Shown: positions 1 to 10,400 of the stretch, piece by piece
Layout of the letters: each line of letters starts with the position of its first letter
Position numbering within the stretch: the first letter of the stretch is position 1
Assembly (NCBI RefSeq): GCF_009914755.1
Contig: NC_060925.1
DNA length: 64,000 bases
Direction: 5' to 3' (one strand)
Origin: the human T2T-CHM13v2.0 reference genome, Homo sapiens
The notes under the pieces: generated by a model
Told to the model about the DNA's origin: nothing
What the model saw: only the letters and a program-made list of their open reading frames with translations
Databases searched by the model: none
Position numbers and translations under genes: made by a program

Positions 1-1
1 A

Positions 2-115
2 AGTACTATGATTATAAATCTCATATTAATCGTTGTGTGCCTGTTTTGTCTGTTGTTAGTCTGCAGGTGTACCCAACAGCTCCGAAGAGACAGTGACATC
101 GAGAACGGGCCATGA
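2..115 (+). CDS. ERVK-18: 3' end of HERV-K(HML-2) env (TM anchor and shortened cytoplasmic tail), consistent with HERV-K18; gene starts left of the window
   Basis: Frame 2 reads [37 protein letters not shown], the HML-2 Env membrane anchor/tail, followed by a polypurine tract (136-152) and an LTR5. Its position antisense within CD48 intron 1 matches the known HERV-K18 locus. Confidence 0.88.
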   Translation, partial: STMIINLILIVVCLFCLLLVCRCTQQLRRDSDIENGP

Positions 116-152
116 TGACGATGGCGGTTTTGTCGAAAAGAAAAGGGGGAAA

Positions 153-1121
153 TGTGGGGAAAAGCAAGAGAGATGAGATTGTTACTGTGTCTGTATAGAA
201 AGAAGTAGACATAGGAGACTCCATTTTGTTCTGTACTAAGAAAAATTCTTCTGCCTTGAGATGCTGTTAATCTATGACCTTACCCCCAACCCCGTGCTCT
301 CTGAAACATGTGCTGTGTCAAACTCAGGGTTAAATGGATTAAGGGTGGTGCAAGATGTGCTTTGTTAAACAGATGCTTGAAGGCAGCATGCTCATTAAGA
401 GTCATCACCACTCCCTAATCTCAAGTACCCAGGGACACAAACACTGCGAAAGGCCGCAGGGACCTCTGCCTAGGAAAGCCAGGTATTGTCCAAGGTTTCT
501 CCCCATGTGATAGTCTGAAATATGGCCTCGTGGGAAGGGAAAGACCTGACCATCCCCCAGACCAACACCCGTAAAGGGTCTGTGCTGAGGAGGATTAGTA
601 TAAGAGGAAAGCATGCCTCTTGCAGTTGAGAGAAGAGGAAGACATCTGTCTCCTGCCCATCCCTGGGCAATGGAATGTCTCAGTATAAAACCCGATTGAA
701 CATTCCATCTACTGAGATAGGGAAAAACTGCCTTAGGGCTGGAGGTGGGACATGTGGGCAGCAATACTGCTTTGTAAAGCATTGAGATGTTTATGTGTAT
801 GTATATCTAAAAGCACAGCACTTGATCCTTTACCTTGTCTATGATGCAAACACCTTTGTTCACGTGTTTGTCTGCTGACCCTCTCCCCACTATTGTCTTG
901 TGACCCTGACACATCCCCCTCTCGGAGAAACACCCACGAATGATCAATAAATACTAAGGGAACTCAGAGGCTGGCGGGATCCTCCATATGCTGAACGCTG
1001 GTTCCCCGGGCCCCCTTATTTCTTTCTCTATACTTTGTCTCTGTGTCTTTTTCTTTTCCAAGTCTCTCATTCCACCTTATGAGAAACACCCACAGGTGTG
1101 GAGGGGCAACCCACCCCTTCA
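153..1121 (+). mobile_element. HERV-K(HML-2) 3' LTR (LTR5 type, 969 bp)
   Basis: Begins TGTGGGGAAAAGCAAGAGAG directly after the PPT AAAAGAAAAGGGGGAAA and ends CCACCCCTTCA. TATAAAA at 684-690, AATAAA at 946-951. The flank TGAGAC (1122-1127) is the candidate 6-bp TSD; the other end is outside the window. Confidence 0.97.
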
Positions 1122-4100
1122 TGAGACAATATTTAAAGGTTTGGGGAAATCCTGTAAGGCAGTAATCACAGCAATTAACTCCGCCTTTTGAGCAGAAGTA
1201 TAAGAGGTAGAAATAAGTTTGTCTGTAGGACTTACATAGCCAGCATTGCCATTACTGGAGCCATCAGTGAACACTGTAACAGCCTCAGGAATGGGTTGAT
1301 TTTTGGTTAATCAAGGAACCACCTAAGAAGTCATTTTTATAAAATCAAATAATTTGTTTTTTGGATAATGATTGTCAATAACGCCAATAAAATCAGCCAA
1401 GTGAATTTGCCACAGTACAGAATGTTGAAAGGCAGCTTGAACTTTGAGCCAATTTAAAGGAACTACAATTATATTTGGATCAAATCCAGAAATTTGAAGT
1501 ATTCTGCACCAAGCCTGTCTAATTAATATGGCTATTTGGTCTAGATAAACAGACAAAGTTTTTGAGACAGAATAAGGAAGAAAACATCACTCCACTAAAT
1601 CATTATGTTGAACTATTAGTCCAGTAGGGGAGTGTAATGAAGCAAAAACTAGAAGCTGAAAAGGCTGAAATGGCTGTACTCTAGATAACTGGGCAGTCTG
1701 GATTCTTTCTTCTACAAATTCCAGTTCTATTAAAGCCTCAGAGGTCAAAATCCTGGCGCTGTGGAGATCGGAATCTCCCCGCAACATAGAAATCAAGTTA
1801 GACAGTGCATAGGTTGGAATGCCTAAAGTAGGTCTTAAATAATTAATGTTACCTAAAAGTTTGTGGAAGTCATCTAAAGTTTTTAAAGAATCTCTCCTAA
1901 TTTGAACTTTTTGAGGTTGAATACATTGTTTATCGACCACCATTCCTAAATATTGAACAGGAGTGGTCTGACGAATTTTATCTTGAGCAATGTGTAATCC
2001 AACCTCTATAACACAGCAGCTCAAAATTTGGTAACAGTCAATTCTTTATCAGTGGGGGCAGCAATTAAAATATCATCAATATAATGATGAATATAGGCCT
2101 CGGGAAATTGGGCTTGAACTGGTGAAAGCAATTGCCCAACATAAAGCTGGCAGATTGTAGGGCTATTTAGCATTCCTTGAGGAAGTACTTTCCATTGATA
2201 ATGAACTGCAGGTTCCTGATTATTGATAGATGGTACAGTAAAAGCAAATTTTTCACAATCTGATTTATGTAAAGCAATATAAAAAAAATCTTTAAGATCA
2301 ATAACTATGAGAGGCTAATTTTTAGGTATTAAAGCAGGGGCAGGCATGCCAGGTTGGACGGCCCCCATAGGTTTAATTACAGCATTAATGGCCCTTAAAT
2401 CGGTTACCATCCGCCATTTGCCTGATTTCTTTTTTACTAGGAACACAGGAGAATTCTAAGGGGAAAGAGAATGTTCCACATATCCAAGTTGCAACTGCTC
2501 AGAAACCAATTGATTTAAAGCCTCCAGTTTTTCTTTAGAAAGCGGCCACTGCTGAACCTAAACGGGAGTTTTAGGTTTCCATTGTAAGGGAATGGGATCA
2601 GGAGGTATGGCAGCGGCCGCCACTAAAAAGAATAACCTAAACCAGCCCTGTTTTCTTTTATAGTGACTGGGAGGGGTTTGGTAATCCAGGAACAAACCTT
2701 ATATTTTCCATCATATGCTGACTGGGAGCACTAGAAGAGTTATGTGGAATATTAATTTCAGCCCTCTATTTTGCCAGTAAATCTCTACCCCAAAGATTAA
2801 TGTGAATTGGCATGATATAGGGCTGAATTGTACCTTTTTGACCATCAGGGCCAGTGCAAAGCAAGATAAATGTGCTCTGATAAATTTCCTCGGCCTTTCC
2901 AACACCTACTAGTCCTACCTTAGTGGGATGTTTAAGCCAAGAGGAAGGCCATAAACTAGAGGAAATAACAGAAACTTCGGCACCAGTATCTACTAGGCCC
3001 TCAAACTTTTTTCCTTGAATGTGTATGGTGCAGATGGGCCGTTGTTTAGAAATTACATTAATCCAGTAAGTGGCCTTTTCACCGCCGGAGCCTATCCCAG
3101 GGCCACATGTCTTATCGCCTTTGTTTAAAATGATATTAGGTAGTAAAAGCAGTTGAGCAACTGACTCACCAGACGCAATGGAAATAGGAACCTTGGCAGA
3201 CACAATTAATTTAATCTCATCAACAGAATCAGAATTAATGAGACCAGTATGAATGGTGAATCCTTTAGCAGAGGTGGATGCTCTACCTAACACCAGGCCC
3301 ACTGAACCTTGAGGTAAAGGGCCAGTGACCCCCGTGGGGACAATCAAAGGCAAAGAATCAGGAAGTAAATTTAGAGGAATAGTACTAAAGAGATCAACCA
3401 CCCCGCCTCCTACTGTGGAGGAGGACAAGCATTGTACTGAGACAGAAGTAGAGACTGGGACCTATTTGGTTTGGTTGTAGGTAGATTTGTTTGTGCTGGG
3501 GGTTGCACTGGGACTGCCTGAAGTGGAAACGCAATGTTGGTCTGAGTTTGAAGTGTCCTATTTGATGTCGGGTCCATCCCAGGCCCCGCTCCCTGTTTCC
3601 CTGGTGTTGTGGTAGGGGGTTTCCATCTACATTATACCTAGAGCGGCAAACATTTGCCCAATGTTTACCTTTGCGACAACGTGGGCAAACAGTAGGAGCA
3701 GCATTTGGCCATGTTTGTTGAACCGACTTGGCCGCTTGTAAGTTTTTAACAGTGCAACTTTTTTGAATATGACCAAGTTGGCCACAATTATAGCAGGCTC
3801 CAAGAGAAGAATTAATGGGACCAGTTTGGTTGGTGTCCTTCATGGCCGGTGCCCACAGAATAGCTTTGTGGGTATCTGATCCAATGCCTTCACAAGCTTT
3901 AATATATGCAGGCAACACCTCGTGATCAGGTAAATTTTGCGTTGGACAGAATGCATGGCCATTTTACATTCATGGTTTGCATTTTCAAAAGCTAACATAT
4001 AAAGGAGAATGCCTTGAGTGCGCTCATCAGAGACAGATTTTTGAACAGCATCTTGTAATTTAGCCAAAAAATCTGGGTATAATTCAGAGTGACTTTGTTT

Positions 4101-4660
4101 AACTATGGTAAAAGGAACAGGAGCTTGGCCTGGAGCGTGTAATTTATCCCAAGCTCTCATACACACCTTTGTTACTTGTTCTGTGGTAAGGGCATCAAAG
4201 TTTAACTGGGCATAAGCATCAGAGAAACTATCGGAGCCTGTGAGCTGAGCCTGAGTAATTAGAATGCCATTACTGCTATTTAGCTGAGCCTGCAAATGGG
4301 CCTCTTCTGACCACCAGGTATGGAATACGGAATTGTAAATGCTGAGATGGGGTTAGAACAGCTTTTGCCAAAAGGTCCCAATCTAAGGGAAGTAAGTGAC
4401 TTCAGTACGAAAAGTTTGTAAAACCATCTTAACATAAGGAGAAGTAGGACCATACTGAGTACAAGCATCCCTAAATTCTTTTAAAAAAGGTAAGATTGAA
4501 CAGCGCATATCGATGCAGACCGGTTTAGGACCCGAAACGACAGGAGGGTGAGGGGCTGTAGTGGATGGGGGATGGCCTGGAGAATGATAGGTAAAGTGTA
4601 GTTTGGTCCTGGAGCCATTAGCTGATGCTGGAGGTTTGAAGAGAGAAGAATTAGCATATC
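1122..4660 (-). mobile_element. Older, defective class II (betaretrovirus-like, non-HML-2 HML group) provirus: partial gag-pro-pol, no 5' LTR, split by the HML-2 insertion
   Basis: Minus-strand CA (VKQSHSELYPDFLAKLQDAV), two CCHC knuckles (CYNCGQLGHIQKSC; CPRCRKGKHWANVC), slippery GGGAAAC at 3595-3601, protease [19 protein letters not shown] and YIDD (2072-2083), RNase H FTDGSS...SAQKAEL...LNIVS. Many stops and frameshifts. Abuts L2 near 4660. HML subgroup not assigned with certainty. Confidence 0.93.
2766..3428 (-). pseudogene. Retroviral pro frame (degenerate dUTPase plus aspartic protease) of the older class II provirus
   Basis: 220-codon open frame with GLVDTGAEVSVI and INLWGRDLLAK*. dUTPase motifs are degenerate (GLINSDSVDEI; GPGIGSGG). 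Confidence 0.88.
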
Positions 4661-4669
4661 TATGGTACA

Positions 4670-5100
4670 TGCAGCAAAGATCCCTACCTTAACAGAGCTT
4701 GCATTAGAGTGGGGTGAAAAAACGTAAGCAATCAACACACTAACAGAACACACTGTATAGTATGTAAGGAGATGATAACTGCCATGACAGAGGAGAAAAC
4801 CTAGAATAAGGTAAGGGGAGTCACAAGTACTGGTAGGGGCAAAAGGGTGAACTTCATTTATAAGGTGATAAGTAGGTCACATCTGAGTAAAGACTTGGAG
4901 GAGAGAGGTGGCCAAGAGGGTATCTGGGGTAGGAGGGACCCAGACAGAGGAAAGAGCCAGAGCAAAGGCCCTGGGGCAGGGATTTGCCTGCCATACATAA
5001 ACAACAGCAAGGAGGTGGCGAGTGGGTAGTGTGGAGTGAACAAGGGGATTGGGTGTTGAGAGACACAGTCAGAGAGGGAGTGAGATTGGAGAGAGTAGAT
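4670..5100. mobile_element. Ancient LINE-2 fragment
   Basis: L2-like motifs AAAGATCCCTACCTTAACAGAGCTTGCATT and AGAGCCAGAGCAAAGGCCCTGGGGCAGG; highly diverged. Confidence 0.6.
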
Positions 5101-5263
5101 ACATTTTAGCTTTATTAATAATGTCTTGTCCTGTAAAAAAAAAATGCTTTCCTGTAAAAGTGGCTCATGTCTTGTGTGTGCATTTACAATGTATTTAGAA
5201 GCAAGTTATTAGAAGGTAACAAAGTGGAGACTGTATAAACCATTGTTTCACAAAGTTTGGATC

Positions 5264-5970
5264 AGAGGCAGATTTCCCGTGAAAGTGATGAAGCTGAAGC
5301 TTCAGGGCTTCTTGGATGGCCCTGGAGGAGCCCTAGCAGTATTCATGTAATCCATTTTACAAAACATATCTTAAACATTAATTAGACCACAGCCTCTGTC
5401 TACTCTAACATCCCCTTCATCACATTTCTGTTTTTGTTGGGTGGCATCTCAGTTATGGGCATTTTGAGGTCTGGCCAAGGGGAAGTAGAAATGGGAAGTA
5501 CTTAGTTGGGGTTAGCGGGATACATGTATGAGGGTTGCAAACTCTTGTGTGTGAAGTTCCCGCTACCCACTTCAGTGAAGAAATGGCATCCAGGAATATT
5601 CTTGCTGCCCTCTGCACTGACTCACTGGCAATGGCCATGGACATGTTGCAATCGGGCTGCAGGTGGGAAGCAGAGGAGAAAGCAGGTTGGAAGTGAACAA
5701 CAGCCAGAGCTATTCAGTAGCAAAGTATTGTGGAAGCACGAAGGCATTTAATTAACTAAAATTATGCTGCTATTTTTTATGCTGTCATGTTCTTTGTAGT
5801 ATTTGTATTTTTTTAACCTGAACTAATTCCCTGGGATTTCTTTTTTTTTATTCTAATTGAATTTATTTTTGTTCCTATTTGTATTTCCAGTTTTGTTCTT
5901 TTATTATTTTTCTTTTTCATGAGAATACTCCAAATTATATAAGCCTCAGGTCATTTTTAAAAACCTGGTT
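5264..5970 (+). mobile_element. Ancient non-autonomous hAT (Tip100-group, MER115-like) DNA transposon
   Basis: Start CAGAGGCAGATTTCCCGTGAAAGTGATGAAGCTGAAGCTTCAGGGC and end CCAAATTATATAAGCCTCAGG...AAAACCTGG resemble the recalled MER115-type termini. Confidence 0.6.
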
Positions 5971-6648
5971 TGGTTAAGGTAAGGAGAAAGAAAAGATGAT
6001 AAGGACAAAGTACAAGATGAAGGGAGGTCCATTGGTCCTTTTTGTGGAGGGAGAACTTAGAATATGTATACAAAGGCTAAACAAGAGCTGTGGAATAAAA
6101 GCTAAAGGTAGAAGAAGAGGAAATATGTCCTATATCACTCTGGTGTCATATGCTGCCGCACAAAAACTCAGTTGTACTCTTCAACATGATATATACTAGC
6201 TGTTCACTTTCCACATATCCATCATTTCCAAAAACATTCTCAACCACTAAAAGATAAAAATGTCTGTGACCCCAGGGCTTTCAAGTTCCTGTTCATTCAG
6301 CCTTCCAACCATTCATCCATCTATTCAACAAATGTTTATTAAGCACTTACCCTGTCCTGGTTTGTACACGGAAATACCTAGGCATTCATTTCTACAGTGC
6401 TTCTGATTGGTCCAGCCCATGCCCTATAATCCCTCTGACAGAATAAGTTCAACCCTCATACATGTATCCCACTAACCCCAACTAAGTACTTCCCATTTCT
6501 ACTTCCCCTTGGCCAGACCTCAAAATGCCCATAACTGAGATGCCACCCAACAAAAACAGAAATGTGATGAAGGGGATGTTAGAGAAGACAGAGGCTGTGG
6601 TCTAATTAATGTTTAAGATATGTTTTGTAAAATGGATTACATGAATAC
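5339..6648. repeat. 199-bp inverted repeat (arms 5339-5537 and 6450-6648; 912-bp spacer)
   Basis: By-eye base comparison: the right arm is the reverse complement of the left with 2 mismatches. Confidence 0.97.
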
Positions 6649-6855
6649 AGTCATCGCACAACCACAACATGGCTGGCGCTGTGCTAGACTCTGCTGTCAG
6701 CAAGGCAGATACAGTCTCTGGCCTCTTGGAGCATACAGCCTAGGAGGACATTCTTTCTAGGAGTTTAAAATCACTAGACATATTCCAGATTTGTTCTCCT
6801 TCTGTTAGTTGTTTCCACATGAATTAATAGAAGCGGTCATAATAGGCAGTCTAGA

Positions 6856-7080
6856 TCAATGTTTTTCAGTCTTGACATTATTGACATTTTGGGCCACATA
6901 ATTCTTTTTTGTAGGGGGCTGTTCTGTGCATTGTAAGATGTTTGCCAGCATTCCTGGTATCTGCCCACTAGGTGCCAGTAACACTTGTCCAGTTGTGACA
7001 GCCAAAAATGTATCCAGATATTGCCAAATGTCCCTTGAGGGACAAAATTCTCCCACATTCACCCTGGTTGAGAAGTACTG
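6856..7080 (+). mobile_element. MER20 DNA transposon (hAT-Charlie)
   Basis: ATTGACATTTTGGGCCACATAATTC...CCAGTTGTGACAGCCAAAAATGTATCCAGATATTGCCAAATGTCCC...GGTTGAGAAGTACTG. Confidence 0.85.
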
Positions 7081-7175
7081 AGCTAGGTCATCTTTGGCAG
7101 ACTCCCCAGGATGTCTCAGACTTACACTCAGGAAGATAGCACAATCCACTGTCTGATGACAGAGGCAGGTAGTAA

Positions 7176-7491
<316 letters not shown>

Positions 7492-8999
7492 AATTTCAGT
7501 ATATTATGAGTGCTGATGACAGGTAAGCATACAGTATTGTATCTTTCTTCTCTCCCTCCTTAACCACCCATGTGTAACAATTCCAAAAAGGCTGTCCTGA
7601 TGGTTGGCTGTAACTTCTTACCGAGAAATAAAGAAGTGATTAACTGCTGATAAAATCTTGATTTGCCTTCTTAACAATTCCACTTTTTAGGAAGTAGCTG
7701 AAGCAACCTTTTAAAAAACTACTATTTTGATTTAATTCTAACAGGAAGTATTTGGTGATATGTCTGGATGATTGGGATAAAGTAACAAAGTTGGATCTTA
7801 TTCTTTTACTTTCTTAATGAACTCGCTTTCACTTTTAAAAAAAAGAAGAAGAAATAGAACCAGATCCTGTCTGTGCCCGCCCATGTTTCTAGTCTGTAGA
7901 AAAACAGAATTGTAACGGGAAAAAATTCAGATCAAAGGAAGTCATAATCCCAGGACCATAGAGTCTCCCCAGGAAAGGGAAAGGTTTTAAAGAGTAAGTT
8001 CTGGTTACTCCAATAAAACAAGACACATGGTTGGCTTCTTTGGTTTCCTCATATATTGAGAAAAATAAAAATAATAAAAACAAAACACATGGTTTCTAGT
8101 AAAACTCTTAAGGAAGAAAAGAAGATGAGTGTTAAGGATGTGGAGACAGAGTTACCTGAAGCTCTCTCATAAGATTAAATATTTAACAAGCCTGTACAAC
8201 CCTTTTTAGGAAGTAATTTTGCAATAGCTACCAAGACCTCAGGTTTGTGTCTTGGTGAGAAGCTGAGCAGGCTACTATTTTTTGAGATGGGAACTATAAT
8301 GAGTTCAGTGGGCAACACTGCAATGCAATCTGAAGGTGAGGAAGGAGAAACAATAAAAATAGACTCTTCTCTTCAGACGTTGCAATTTGAATGGGAAAAA
8401 GAATGGTAGGGCGGTATGTAAAGGGTCATGAAAAAGTAGAGAGTATTTTGTTTTTGTTATTCAAGTAGGGAAAGACCTAAGCTATGGTAGGCCAAGGAAA
8501 GGATTCAGTGGAGGGAAGACATGAAGAGAAGGGAGGTGATTGACGAGCCTGGGCTAGTGGGACTCAGAGCAGAGTTAGTGGCACAGGTCTTGACTGGGAG
8601 GAGGGACACTTCATCCTCTGAGGGAAAAGAGAAGGAGGAAAGACAGCTGGTGGTGGAGAAAAGTTACCAGTTTGAAGATAGTGGGCAGGAAGTTGAAGGG
8701 CTTCCTGCCTAATGGTCTCTAGTTTCGATTTCTTCTGCAAAGAAGGAGGCACATGCTTTGCTGAGAGGGCAGAGGACTGAGGTAAGGGGCCTTGAGGATA
8801 GGGTGAAAGTTTGAAATAGCCACTGTGGGAAATGGGAGAAAGAATTTATCAGGGCCAGTAAGAGCTACTCTGAGACCCCAGCTTGACTGAAACAATGACT
8901 CAAAATTTATTCCTTCCCTCTTTCCTTTGCTCCCTCCCTCCATCCACCCATCCCTCCATGCATACATGCGTACATGAACTTCCTCATGTATTCACTCAT

Positions 9000-10400
9000 C
9001 GAATAACTATGCAGTAAGCAGTTACTATGTGCTTGGCTCTGTAAGGGTGCAATAGATAGATGTGGCTCCTTCCCTTGAGCTTCATTCCAGTGAATCAACA
9101 AAATTAATCAGATGATTTCGCTATTGGTGATAAGTGTTAGGAAAAGGAAAATACGGAATGCTTAGAGGGCATATAAAAGGGAGCACCTCACTTGAATTTG
9201 GGGGTTGAGAATGGCTTCTGTACGAGGAATTAGCCTAAGTGGGATGAAACCAGGGAAAGATGACGACTGGGGGTAGTGAATATTCCAACAAGAGGGAAAA
9301 AGAATCAAACGCCCAGAAACACAAAAATGAAATTCATTTGCGGAGTAGGAAGTAGCTCACTGGCTAGGACATAGACTAAGGAGGGTAGCAAGTGAGCTCA
9401 TTATGAAATGTGAACTTTAGGCTCACAGCTTCTGCTTTCTCATTTCCCACAGTGGCCACTAAAGATTTTAAGCAGAAGAGTGATGCAAACAGAGAACCAT
9501 TTTAGAAAATGTATACCGACAGCAGGGTAGAGAACAGGTTAGCTAGAGAGAATGCAGTAAATAGAGCAGTTAGGATAGTGGATCATTGTGGAAATTGGTG
9601 ATAAGAGAAAATGGTGGCTTGATCTGAGATAGGTAGCATGGGGCTGGATGGAATTGGACATATTTGAGAGATATTTTTGAAAGTAGAATTAACAGGACTT
9701 ACTCATTGGGCATGAGAAGCAAGGGAGAGAAAAGAAGCAAGGATGACTCCTAGAATTCTGGCCTGAGCAACTAGACAAGTGGAGATGTCATTTATAGAGG
9801 TGGGGAACAGTGGAGGAGCAGTAGGTTTGGGGGAAGAAGGATTGTAGTATTTTTTTTTAAGTCTGTAAATTTTTTGATGGTCCTCTCATCAAATGATGGA
9901 CTTTGTGCCCCTTCACCTTGAAATTGAGTAGGCTCGGTGATGGCTTCAATGAATGGAATACACCGGAAGTGTGACCTGCAAAGCTAGCTTAGAAAAGACC
10001 ATGCAGCATTTGCCTATTTCTCTTGGGACACCAACTCTGGGAGGCTTCTGCTGAGTGGCACTAGCCACCCAGCACTTTGAGCCTCCCTCTGTTCAGGCAG
10101 TAGCCCTGTGAGTGAAGAGCCTTGCATGACTCTAGGCCACACCATGATCTGATTGCAAGCACATGAAAAGCACATGAAAGTGAGACAGGATGAACAGTCT
10201 TCCCCCAAATCTGTGGGCAAAGTAAATCATTGTTATTATTTTAAGCCACGGTATTGTGGCAGCTTGTTAAATAGCAATACATAGCGGAAACAGAGATGAT
10301 GACTTAAGTTTTAGACACGTGTCTGGAGAGTCTAGAGAAGATGTTTAAGAGACAGAAGTTCTGATCTTGGGCTCAGGAGACTGCTTGGGGCTTAAGAATT
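9000..10400. mobile_element. L2 relic interrupted by an MLT1-type MaLR LTR (~9860-10292)
   Basis: L2 motifs (GGATGACTCCTAGAATTCTGGCCTGAGCAACT; AGTTTTAGACACGT) flank a segment ending TTTAAGCCACGGTATTGTGGCAGCTTGTTAAATAGCAATACATAGCGGAAACA, a typical MLT1 end. Confidence 0.65.

Noticed and set aside
5339-6648. Inverted repeat interpreted as terminal repeats of a novel DNA transposon
   Set aside because: The left arm is internal to a larger ancient element that continues on both sides, there is no TSD, and no transposase lies in the spacer.
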